A stretch of 64,000 nt of DNA from a virus: positions 4,052-68,051 of IMG/VR virus record IMGVR_UViG_3300030093_000028; one strand, written 5' to 3'. Each line of letters starts with the position of its first letter. Within the stretch, counting starts at the first letter, position 1. The position numbers and the translations under genes are program-made. Of this stretch, positions 37,184 through 45,329 are shown piece after piece. The notes below the pieces were generated by a model that saw only the letters and a list, made by a program, of their open reading frames with translations, was not told where the DNA came from and made no database searches.

Positions 37184-38626
37184 ATGGACACTAGCACAAA
37201 GCCAGTGCTAGTGTGTATGGTGGGTTTACCCGCAAGTGGTAAATCCACCATTGCTTATAATCTAGCAATGGAAAATAATTATATTGTATTCAGCTCAGAT
37301 GCATTAAGAGAAGAACTTTATCTAGATATCAACGACCAAACTCATAACCATGAGCTGTTTGTGGAATTGCATAAGCGTATCAAGACGGCATTAAAAGAAG
37401 GTAATAATGTTATCTATGATGCTTGCAATTTAAGCTCTAAAAGGCGCGTTGCTTTCCTACAAGAGCTAAACCGCATCCCTTGTCGTAAAGAATGTATCAT
37501 TGCCGCTACTCCATATGAGCAATGTCTAAGGAATAATGCGAATAGAGACAGGTACGTACCAGATTATGTCATTGAGCGCATGTATAAACAATGGGAAACT
37601 CCTTATTGGTTTGAAGGTTGGGATGACATTGAGATTCATCACTGGAACGATAAAAGAAAAGATATTGACGAGTGGATTAATAGTTATATGGATTACGACC
37701 AAGATAATCCACATCATACATTAACTCTTGGTGAGCATTGTGTTTCTGTTGCTAACAAACTTAAAGATAACGATACCCTTTATTATGCTGGACTATTGCA
37801 CGATGTTGGAAAGCCATATACAAGGATGGAAAAAGACGTAGAGATTTATGTTCCAATACATGATTTTGAGGATTTATATGCTATATCAAATTATGGCAAT
37901 GTAAAAAATATTAAAACAAATAAGGTATTAAAGGGCAGAGATAATGGACATGGGTATCTAAGCGTTACATTGGGGAGCGAAACAAGAAAGAAGCGCTGTT
38001 ATATACACAGACTTGTAGCAGAACATTTTTTGGACATACCAGAGTGTTTAAAAAAATATAAGAAACTTGATGTTAATCATATTGATTCAAATAAATCAAA
38101 TAATTTTTATAAAAACTTAGAGTGGTGTACAAGAAGCCAAAATCAAAATCATGCATTTCAAACAAATCCAAATAGAAACGTTTCTGGTTTTGATAAATGG
38201 CAAAGTAAACTTTCATTTGGTGAAGTTGAGTCAATTAAATTTGTTAAAGAACATGCATGTTATACCAATAAAAAGATTGGAGATATGTTTGGTGTAGATG
38301 CGGCAACGGTATCAAGAATAATAAACAATAAGGCGTATATTACAGAGAATAAAGTTTTTAAGAAAAAAATATCGCCAATATTACCAATTGATCGTTGTAG
38401 ATATTATTCGCACGAACATGTTGGAGCGTATGACAGTTTATTCTTTGATTATCCTGTTGGTATTAACGCATTATTTGTTTCAGCCCTTATCTCAAATCAT
38501 ATGAAGCCATACGTATGGGAGAGAGACAACAACGAAAAAATGTATAATAAATATCTAAAATTGTGGGGCGATTATTTCATGCAATGTGTTATGATTCTAC
38601 ATGAAGCAGATAAGGCCGCACACTAA
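37184..38626 (+). CDS. P-loop polynucleotide-kinase-like domain plus HD phosphohydrolase, with an in-frame HNH (NUMOD4-HNH_3-NUMOD1) homing-endonuclease insertion splitting the HD domain
   Basis: Kinase P-loop GLPASGKST. HD motifs HHTL...LLHDVGK before, and HEHVG...ILHEADKAAH after, the insertion. The inserted ~aa 215-405 segment reads YAISNYGNVKNIK...VNHIDSNKSNN...NLEWCTRSQN. Its nt span (~37830-38400) is ~28 percent GC against ~40 percent in the flanks. The start codon overlaps the ligase stop (ATAAATG). Confidence 0.6.
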   Translation: MDTSTKPVLVCMVGLPASGKSTIAYNLAMENNYIVFSSDALREELYLDINDQTHNHELFVELHKRIKTALKEGNNVIYDACNLSSKRRVAFLQELNRIPCRKECIIAATPYEQCLRNNANRDRYVPDYVIERMYKQWETPYWFEGWDDIEIHHWNDKRKDIDEWINSYMDYDQDNPHHTLTLGEHCVSVANKLKDNDTLYYAGLLHDVGKPYTRMEKDVEIYVPIHDFEDLYAISNYGNVKNIKTNKVLKGRDNGHGYLSVTLGSETRKKRCYIHRLVAEHFLDIPECLKKYKKLDVNHIDSNKSNNFYKNLEWCTRSQNQNHAFQTNPNRNVSGFDKWQSKLSFGEVESIKFVKEHACYTNKKIGDMFGVDAATVSRIINNKAYITENKVFKKKISPILPIDRCRYYSHEHVGAYDSLFFDYPVGINALFVSALISNHMKPYVWERDNNEKMYNKYLKLWGDYFMQCVMILHEADKAAH

Positions 38627-38638
38627 AGGAGTTTTTAT

Positions 38639-39055
38639 ATGTCATATAGGGTTTTCGATCTAAAAAATCGTGAATGGGCAGATCCCGATAAAATTCTAAT
38701 TTCATGCGGAGAAAACAAGCTTCTGACCTGCGGAAACGCTGTGTTCGGATGGCAAAAATTGAAGGAATTGCCTGAAGATAGGTACTTATTCCACAAAAGC
38801 CTAGGAATTGTGGATAAACATGGTGTCGAGCTATATGAAGGCGATATCTGTACAGTTGACATGGAAGAAGGACATGAGGATGGCAATACGATTACTGTCG
38901 AAATTGCATATGTCGAAGAGCGTGCTTCTTATTTCATGTTTGACTGGGAGCATTCTAAGTATTATAGCTTTGGCGAAGACATTAATCTAATCATTGAGGT
39001 CATTGGCAATGTATTTGATGATTTTGATTGGAAAAATGAGGTGGGTGCAGCATGA
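38639..39055 (+). CDS. YopX-family protein
   Basis: 138 aa with ...DKHGVELYEGDICTVD...ITVEIAYVEE..., typical of the YopX domain. SD AAGGAG. Confidence 0.55.
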   Translation: MSYRVFDLKNREWADPDKILISCGENKLLTCGNAVFGWQKLKELPEDRYLFHKSLGIVDKHGVELYEGDICTVDMEEGHEDGNTITVEIAYVEERASYFMFDWEHSKYYSFGEDINLIIEVIGNVFDDFDWKNEVGAA

Positions 39056-39185
39056 TAGTAATTGCAATCGTTATGGTGGCGGTAATTGTGGTATCATATA
39101 CGTGCTGTAAGATTTCCCACAAGGAAGATGAACTTCGTAGGTATGGGAATGAAGACTATGGTATTTGGGATGAGTGGTGATTGAT

Positions 39186-39755
39186 ATGATTCAGATTCGC
39201 AATGGAGTATTTGAGACTAATAGCTCAAGTACGCACAGCATTTGTATCTCCAAGAAACCTGTTGATGCAGATGGTTGCCATGTTGACTTTCATTTTGGAG
39301 AGTTTGGCTGGGAGAATGGAGATGCCGATGTAGCGGATTATCTATACACGGCAATCTATGAGCTTGACCGTAGTGGCAAAGACGGGCTTCTCGATAAGCT
39401 AAAGGATATTCTCGATGCTCATGGTATCACCTATACGTTTGAAAAGCCCAAGACAGTTCACTATGATTATGGTGATGGAAATGAATGGGACGAGCTTGAT
39501 GTTGGCTATATCGACCACGGATATGATACATATGAGTTCGTACATGCAGTGCTTGACAATGACGATATGCTGATTCGCTATCTCTTTAGCGATAGTCATG
39601 TGTATACTGGCAATGACAATGACGAGGGTGGCATGATGTGCAATGCCGCAGAGCCTACTATCTGGAAGTGGGATTCTGATTGGCACAATAGCTGGGAAGA
39701 GCCAAACCCAAATCACGATGAAGAGAAGTACGAATACTTCTATAAGGGAAACTAG
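39186..39755 (+). CDS. hypothetical acidic protein, paralog A (shares N-terminal MIQIRxGVFETNSSSTHSxCI motif)
   Basis: The ATG at 39186 is preferred over GTG 39174 by analogy with paralog B. The first 21 aa are nearly identical to 39766-40236. Confidence 0.5.
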   Translation: MIQIRNGVFETNSSSTHSICISKKPVDADGCHVDFHFGEFGWENGDADVADYLYTAIYELDRSGKDGLLDKLKDILDAHGITYTFEKPKTVHYDYGDGNEWDELDVGYIDHGYDTYEFVHAVLDNDDMLIRYLFSDSHVYTGNDNDEGGMMCNAAEPTIWKWDSDWHNSWEEPNPNHDEEKYEYFYKGN

Positions 39756-39765
39756 GTGCTGTACA

Positions 39766-40236
39766 ATGATTCAGATTCGTGCTGGTGTGTTCGAAACTAA
39801 TTCAAGCTCAACACATTCGCTATGTATTATGACACAAGACGATTTTAATAAATGGGTTTCTAGTCATAATGGCGAATATTATTTTGTTGATGGTGATGGA
39901 TATGGCTATTCTTTCAATCATTGTTTTGCTGATGGTGTTGGAAGCGGAATCTATGATAAAGAAACAGTAAAGCAGGCTATCGAAAAGTACGCACAGGAGT
40001 ATGAAGAGAAATACAAAGATGAGCAGTGGTATACTCCTGTTGATGTTGATATGCTAGAGCATAGCGATGATGACGAGGTTGAGTCTAGGCGCGAAGATTC
40101 AAGACTGTGGGACTTGGGTATCTATACATATGATGATTGGTGTAGATATAATGATGAACTAGAGCAGTATGAGACACCATTTACAACTCCGTCTGGTGAT
40201 GATATGATTGTATTCGGAGCATATGGCTATCGCTAG
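39766..40236 (+). CDS. hypothetical acidic protein, paralog B (MIQIRAGVFETNSSSTHSLCI...)
   Basis: The ORF-track version 39643-40236 is an out-of-context 5' extension overlapping paralog A. Confidence 0.5.
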   Translation: MIQIRAGVFETNSSSTHSLCIMTQDDFNKWVSSHNGEYYFVDGDGYGYSFNHCFADGVGSGIYDKETVKQAIEKYAQEYEEKYKDEQWYTPVDVDMLEHSDDDEVESRREDSRLWDLGIYTYDDWCRYNDELEQYETPFTTPSGDDMIVFGAYGYR

Positions 40237-40244
40237 GAGAAGTA

Positions 40245-41150
40245 ATGAAGATTCTTGGCAGTTATAAGAACAATGATTATACCTGTACTATGTTCTCAGA
40301 CGGAACTAAAATAAGGTGGAATGACAAGGACTCATTTAACCCAATCAAGCCTGAGTCAATCGACCTTAAGATTACTAACATGTGCAATATGGAATGTGGT
40401 ATGTGCCACGAGAATTCAACGCCTGATGGGAAGCATGGCGACATTCTCAACCTTCCGTTTATCGAAACCATGTTTCCATATAGTGAAATTGCAATCGGTG
40501 GCGGCAATCCTCTGACACACCCAGACTTGATTGAGTTCCTTGAGGGTCTTAAAGAGCGCAAGATTATCGCAAGCATGACTGTAAATCAAGTACACTTTAT
40601 GCATAATATCGACCTACTGAAAGAGCTTACGGACAAGAAGCTAATCTATGGTCTTGGTATTTCATATATCGGTGGTCGCCATAAGAATTGCATTGACGCA
40701 ATCAAGCAGTTCCCCAATGCCGTTGTCCATGTTATCAATGGCATCGTACATATGGACAGTCTAGAAGCGCTTGCCCATAACGATTTGAAGATTCTCGTCC
40801 TTGGATACAAGGAGTTTAGACGTGGCAAGGCTCTGTATGATGAGTGCGGTAGAGAAATTGATTCTCTAAAATACCAGTTCTATGATATGCTACCCAAGAT
40901 TGTGAACGATGGTTGGTTCAAGTGCATTAGCTTTGACAACCTTGCAATTAAGCAGCTTGAGCCTAAGCGTCTTATGAGCGAGAAAGACTACGCCAGTTTT
41001 TATATGGGAGACGATGGGTCATTTACTATGTATGTAGATGCAGTCAATCGACAGTTTGCCAAGAGTTCTGTTTCTACCGAGCGCTATGATTTGATGAATG
41101 ATATCGCCGATATGTTTAAGGTTATTAAGGATGGTGTCAATGGAAAGTAA
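40245..41150 (+). CDS. radical SAM enzyme (function unknown)
   Basis: Canonical CxxxCxxC cluster CNMECGMC at aa 47-54. Gly-rich GGGNP SAM-binding-like motif. 301 aa. Confidence 0.65.
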   Translation: MKILGSYKNNDYTCTMFSDGTKIRWNDKDSFNPIKPESIDLKITNMCNMECGMCHENSTPDGKHGDILNLPFIETMFPYSEIAIGGGNPLTHPDLIEFLEGLKERKIIASMTVNQVHFMHNIDLLKELTDKKLIYGLGISYIGGRHKNCIDAIKQFPNAVVHVINGIVHMDSLEALAHNDLKILVLGYKEFRRGKALYDECGREIDSLKYQFYDMLPKIVNDGWFKCISFDNLAIKQLEPKRLMSEKDYASFYMGDDGSFTMYVDAVNRQFAKSSVSTERYDLMNDIADMFKVIKDGVNGK

Positions 41151-41577
41151 GTTGCTTTATCTTGCAGGTGGCATAAGTAATTTAAGCCGCGATGAGCAGT
41201 GGCAGTGGCGCAAGGATGTGCGCAATAAGATTCTTGAGAGCATTAATTTTTATGGGTATGATTATATGCCTATGTTCTTCAATCCACTGATGCACTACAC
41301 TGTAGATGATGAAATTCATAAGAGTGAGCGCGAGGTATTTGAGCTTGAGACTTATAATGTTCGCAAGTCTGACTTGGTTATTGTGAACTTTAACGCGCCT
41401 GAGTCAATCGGCACAGCTATGGAACTCGCTATCGCCAAGGAGAATCGTATTCCCGTTGCTGGATTGAACGAGGATAACGTTGAGTTGCATCCTTGGCTGG
41501 TTGAATGTACAACGCGCATGTGCGATACATTTGACGAGCTTATCGATTATGTTGCATGTCAGCATTTGATGGCGTAA
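41140..41577 (+). CDS. nucleoside 2-deoxyribosyltransferase / Rcl(DNPH1)-like protein
   Basis: LYLAGG (compare the YLAGP motif). ESIGTAMELAIAKENRIPV (compare DSGTAFELGYA). The start overlaps the rSAM stop. Confidence 0.55.
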   Translation: MESKLLYLAGGISNLSRDEQWQWRKDVRNKILESINFYGYDYMPMFFNPLMHYTVDDEIHKSEREVFELETYNVRKSDLVIVNFNAPESIGTAMELAIAKENRIPVAGLNEDNVELHPWLVECTTRMCDTFDELIDYVACQHLMA

Positions 41578-41661
41578 TAAACTAATGTAAAACTAATGTA
41601 GACTAATGTAAAAATTTTTTAGATTATCTGCTAGATTAGTTTGTACTTATGATATAATAAC

Positions 41662-41674
41662 TAATGTTATATGC
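41662..41674 (+). promoter_or_regulatory. conserved promoter element TAATGTTATATGC (extended -10 TGtTATAT), copy upstream of the SSB-like gene
   Basis: Identical 13-mers at 41662, 42864, 47652 and 62875. A variant AAAGTTATATGC lies at 63612. Each is 25-75 nt upstream of a plus-strand gene start. Confidence 0.5.
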
Positions 41675-41701
41675 CTTAATAAATATACGGAGGTATCTTA
41701 G

Positions 41702-42853
41702 ATGGCAAATAAGAAGAGTGGCATTAAGAAGACTGACTGGAAGTCAAACTTTGTTCTAGTTGGCGCTGTAAAGGTAAATGATTATACCTTTACTATCGAC
41801 AAGCAGAGTGAGCGTAGTTCTTGGGTTTATAATTCTATGAGCCTTAACATTGACTGCGGTGAGAAGTATGGTACTGTACGCGCTGAGATGTTTGGCGGAT
41901 ATTCCCCAGACCGCGAGAACATTATCTATGCCCACGGCAAGGACGATAACGGTAATGATGATTTCTCTAAGCAGATGACCGTTGCTTGGGAAGACCGCTT
42001 TGACGATACGATTCTAGATGAGGTCGGCGACCTTTCATTCATCGTTGTCGGTCTTGAGAAGACCACGAATGGAAAGACTTATTATAAGAACTTCCTTAGT
42101 GAGTATGATGCCATTGCCTATGCTCAGGAGCATCTTGAGGACGGCATGGTTGTAAATGTCAAGGGTCGTTTGCAGTATAGCGCATACAACGATACCGTTC
42201 AGGTTCGTAAGACTATCCAGAGCATTGTCCTAAGCAGCGCTGATGAGCCTTCTAAGTATTATGCTCGATTCACCCAGTCCGTTCTTCTTGATAGGGATTC
42301 TGCAAGCCTTAAGGATGTTGACAAGGACAAGGGCGTTATGTATGTGAACGCTCGTGTTCTTGATTATGTGAGTGAGCTTAACGGTACTGAGATTAATGGT
42401 CAGTATCCGTTCACAGAGCAGTTCGAGTTCCCAATGGATTTCACTAAGCCAGAGCTTTGCAAGAAGGTTTATGACAAGCTCTTCAAAGTTAAGAAGAATG
42501 TCCGTCAGGTGACGTTTGACGGTATCTTCGTTGAGGGTGGCGCTACCGTTACCGCAACGATGGATGATGTTCCCGATGATGTCAAGGAACTGATTGATAT
42601 GGGTCTTTATTCTGAGGAGGAAGCACTTGCCAAGTGCAGTGCAAGCGGTTCTCGTGAGCGCCGTATGATTCTTCAGAAGCCAGTGATTAAGCTTGTTGGC
42701 GATGAGAAGACTCCCGTTGTCCAAATCTTCGATGATAAGTATGAAGAGGATGAGCTTGTAGTCAACGTTGGTGATGACGAGGATGCACCATTTGATACCG
42801 ATGAGAAGTCTTCGGATGACTCGGATATGTCTTGGCTTGACGCTCTTGAGTAA
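41702..42853 (+). CDS. ssDNA-binding (SSB/OB-fold)-like protein with acidic C-terminal tail ending DMSWLDALE
   Basis: N-terminal OB-like NFVLVGAVKVNDYTFTIDKQSERSSWVYNSMSLNID. C-terminal ...DDEDAPFDTDEKSSDDSDMSWLDALE resembles the acidic SSB tip. Confidence 0.45.
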   Translation: MANKKSGIKKTDWKSNFVLVGAVKVNDYTFTIDKQSERSSWVYNSMSLNIDCGEKYGTVRAEMFGGYSPDRENIIYAHGKDDNGNDDFSKQMTVAWEDRFDDTILDEVGDLSFIVVGLEKTTNGKTYYKNFLSEYDAIAYAQEHLEDGMVVNVKGRLQYSAYNDTVQVRKTIQSIVLSSADEPSKYYARFTQSVLLDRDSASLKDVDKDKGVMYVNARVLDYVSELNGTEINGQYPFTEQFEFPMDFTKPELCKKVYDKLFKVKKNVRQVTFDGIFVEGGATVTATMDDVPDDVKELIDMGLYSEEEALAKCSASGSRERRMILQKPVIKLVGDEKTPVVQIFDDKYEEDELVVNVGDDEDAPFDTDEKSSDDSDMSWLDALE

Positions 42854-42863
42854 TACATATTAT

Positions 42864-42876
42864 TAATGTTATATGC
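42864..42876 (+). promoter_or_regulatory. TAATGTTATATGC promoter element upstream of the Sak4-like gene, followed by leader hairpin GCGGGAGAG-N13-CTCTCCCGC (42885-42903)
   Basis: Exact 13-mer. The 9-bp stem lies between the promoter and the RBS. Confidence 0.5.
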
Positions 42877-42939
42877 GGGAGAGATAAGTTTGAACTCTCC
42901 CGCTCATTCTCAATTAACATCTTAGAAAGGTGAATACAT

Positions 42940-44097
42940 ATGGCATTTGGTAAGAAAAATAATGTGCGTTTAGATCCTCTTGCATATAACATTTGTCTTC
43001 TTGGCGAGTCTAAAGTTGGTAAGACTACCCTTATGAAAGAGGTTTGTGAGAAGCTTGCAGGCGATGACGGCTATCTGTTCCTAGAGTGTGGCACTGAGCG
43101 AGGAGCCGATGCCATTCAGGGAATTAACTATATTAACTGTCCTGAGTGGGATATGGATTATGATGAGCTTACAAACAGCGCTGGTCTAGCTGATGTTTGT
43201 GAGGATATTATCGAGAATAAGACTAGCGAGTATCCCAATCTTAAGGCGGTAATTTTCGATACATATGACCACCTGATTGACATTGCGGAACAGAAGTCAA
43301 TCGATATGTGGAACAAGGAGTGCCGCAATAGCGGACATGCCGAGAAGTGTGTAAAGAGCATTAATCAGGCGTGGTCTGGCTATGGTCGCGGTGAGAAAAA
43401 GGCCATTGAGATTATGTTTGATATGATGGCTCGACTTCGTAATGTTGGAGTTGCTTCTATTATCATCGGGCATGTTAAGACGAAAGAGATTTCTGATGTA
43501 GTCTCTGGTGAGTCTTATCAGATTCTTACTTCAGATCAGCAGCAGAATTATTTTAACGCGCTCAAGAAGAACCTGCACTTCCTTGGTCTAGCATATATTG
43601 ACCGTGATGTTATCAAGGAGAAGACTGGTCGTAAGAATGCTGTGACTAAGAAGGACGAGGTTGTCAACAAGGTCGCATCGGAGTCTCGCAAGATTAAGTT
43701 CCGTGACGATAACTACGCTGTCGATTCTGGTTCTCGTTTCGCCAATATCATTCCAGAGATTGATATGAATGCAGACGCATTTATTCAGGCTCTTACAGAC
43801 GCAATTAAGTCTGAACAATCTAAGTCTGGCGTGTCATTTGATACAGCCAAGAAGAAGCAGGCTAAGCAGGAGAAGGAGCTTGAGAAGCGCGTTGCCGAGC
43901 AGGAAGAGCAGGCTAAGTCTCAGGCTGCTGTGGATGATGTAGTCTTTCAGATTGTTGATTTCTTTACCGAGAACAAGTCTGACATTGCAAAGATTAAGCC
44001 AGTCCTTACAGCTGTCAAGAATCTTGGATATGATAACCCCAAGTCTATTGATAATGTCGAGGACGCAAACAAGATTCTCGCTCTAATCTCTGAGTAA
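42940..44097 (+). CDS. Sak4-like RecA-fold ATPase (single-strand annealing / recombination mediator)
   Basis: Walker A LLGESKVGKTTL. Walker B-like AVIFDTYDHL. IIIGHVKTKE. Coiled-coil C-terminus. Confidence 0.6.
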   Translation: MAFGKKNNVRLDPLAYNICLLGESKVGKTTLMKEVCEKLAGDDGYLFLECGTERGADAIQGINYINCPEWDMDYDELTNSAGLADVCEDIIENKTSEYPNLKAVIFDTYDHLIDIAEQKSIDMWNKECRNSGHAEKCVKSINQAWSGYGRGEKKAIEIMFDMMARLRNVGVASIIIGHVKTKEISDVVSGESYQILTSDQQQNYFNALKKNLHFLGLAYIDRDVIKEKTGRKNAVTKKDEVVNKVASESRKIKFRDDNYAVDSGSRFANIIPEIDMNADAFIQALTDAIKSEQSKSGVSFDTAKKKQAKQEKELEKRVAEQEEQAKSQAAVDDVVFQIVDFFTENKSDIAKIKPVLTAVKNLGYDNPKSIDNVEDANKILALISE

Positions 44098-44174
44098 TTC
44101 TGATATAATGTACAACCATGCTACATGATATAAAAAATGCAGCATGGTTGTACGTACTAAAGAAAGGTTTGATT

Positions 44175-44315
44175 ATGGCACAGTCTATTGAGGTCATGGA
44201 GCAGCGCTATCAGATGCTACTTAACCGTAAGGGCAAGAACTCCGAGAATGTCGGCATCATGCGCAAGCTACGCCGTAAGATTAACAAGGCTAAGAACGGC
44301 ATTGTTCTTTCCTAG
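44175..44315 (+). CDS. small basic hypothetical protein (46 aa)
   Basis: RBS GAAAGG then ATG 44175. Upstream 13-bp-stem hairpin GTACAACCATGCT-N15-AGCATGGTTGTAC (44110-44152). Confidence 0.35.
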   Translation: MAQSIEVMEQRYQMLLNRKGKNSENVGIMRKLRRKINKAKNGIVLS

Positions 44316-44355
44316 TATATCTTTATAGAATATTCCTTCAGCGAAAGGAGTTTAT

Positions 44356-44784
44356 ATGTCTTCTGATTTTAAGCAAGAGTTCCTGAAAAACAAGTATGAG
44401 TATATTTCAGATGATGCTGCCAATGAGCCGCTAAAGAAAACGAAGAAGCAGAAGCCTAAGAAGTCTAATCATAAACATGAATATAAGAATATAATTATTC
44501 AGTCTTATGATAAGGTGGCTGGCAAATGGCGTGATACTTATGTAAGTTATTGTCCTATTTGTGGCAAGCTGAGCAGCTTTCAGGAAACTGATGAGATTGC
44601 AAAGATTTTCCCAAATATTCGAGTTGGTACATTTGGGTTTTGTATTGGCCTAACTTATAATGAGAGCAACAAAGAGTGGCAGAGCTTTGCAAACTGGTCT
44701 GGCGAAAATATTCCGCATGTAAAGTGGAAAGACTTTGTTTATTGGAAAGACAAGTATATCGACTTGAGTTTGCTAGATAATTAA
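44356..44784 (+). CDS. hypothetical zinc-ribbon protein (142 aa)
   Basis: SD AAAGGAG. CPICGK motif. Followed by terminator CTGCCCATGAC-N8-GTCGTGGGCAG-TTTTGT (44797-44834). Confidence 0.5.
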   Translation: MSSDFKQEFLKNKYEYISDDAANEPLKKTKKQKPKKSNHKHEYKNIIIQSYDKVAGKWRDTYVSYCPICGKLSSFQETDEIAKIFPNIRVGTFGFCIGLTYNESNKEWQSFANWSGENIPHVKWKDFVYWKDKYIDLSLLDN

Positions 44785-44848
44785 TTGACTTGAATGTTCT
44801 GCCCATGACATAACAGTCGTGGGCAGTTTTGTATAAGGAGGTTCCGCC

Positions 44849-45319
44849 GTGGCTAAGACATCTAAGAAAAAAATGACAGAGCAAGAGCTTGCAGATTGGG
44901 ACGAGCTTTATGAGTATGTGCGTTCAAAAGTAATGGGCTACGATAAGAACCAATCATTGACACCATACATTGTATTGCGTTTAAAGGGTCTTGTTGACGG
45001 TAAAGCAGTGGCAAATAAAAAGATTAAAGATAAAGCCCACTATTCTTACAAGGTTATTTTAAACACATTTAAATATTCAATGCCTGATATTGGGCGTGCA
45101 GTTGAACGCATTGCATTTAAAGATGAGTCTGCAAAGTTTAACTATGTTATGAGAATTGTAGAGAACAATATCAATACGGTATATATCCGTATGAAAAATG
45201 TAGAGAAAGCAAAAGAAGAAGCAATTAGAACTTCTGCTGTTGAATCAGTATATAAAGAGGCACAATATAAACCTAAGAAACAAACTGTAAAGGCAGATAA
45301 GTTTTCTGATTTGTGGTAA
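44849..45319 (+). CDS. hypothetical protein, GTG start; possible helicase-loader/replication accessory
   Basis: SD AAGGAGG then GTG 44849. Sits directly upstream of the DnaB-like helicase. No Walker motif. Confidence 0.45.
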   Translation: MAKTSKKKMTEQELADWDELYEYVRSKVMGYDKNQSLTPYIVLRLKGLVDGKAVANKKIKDKAHYSYKVILNTFKYSMPDIGRAVERIAFKDESAKFNYVMRIVENNINTVYIRMKNVEKAKEEAIRTSAVESVYKEAQYKPKKQTVKADKFSDLW

Positions 45320-45329
45320 TAAAGGTGAT

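Noticed and set aside
39643-40236. Long version of paralog B starting at 39643
   Set aside because: The 5' extension overlaps paralog A in another frame. The conserved MIQIR N-terminus with RBS-like context starts at 39766.
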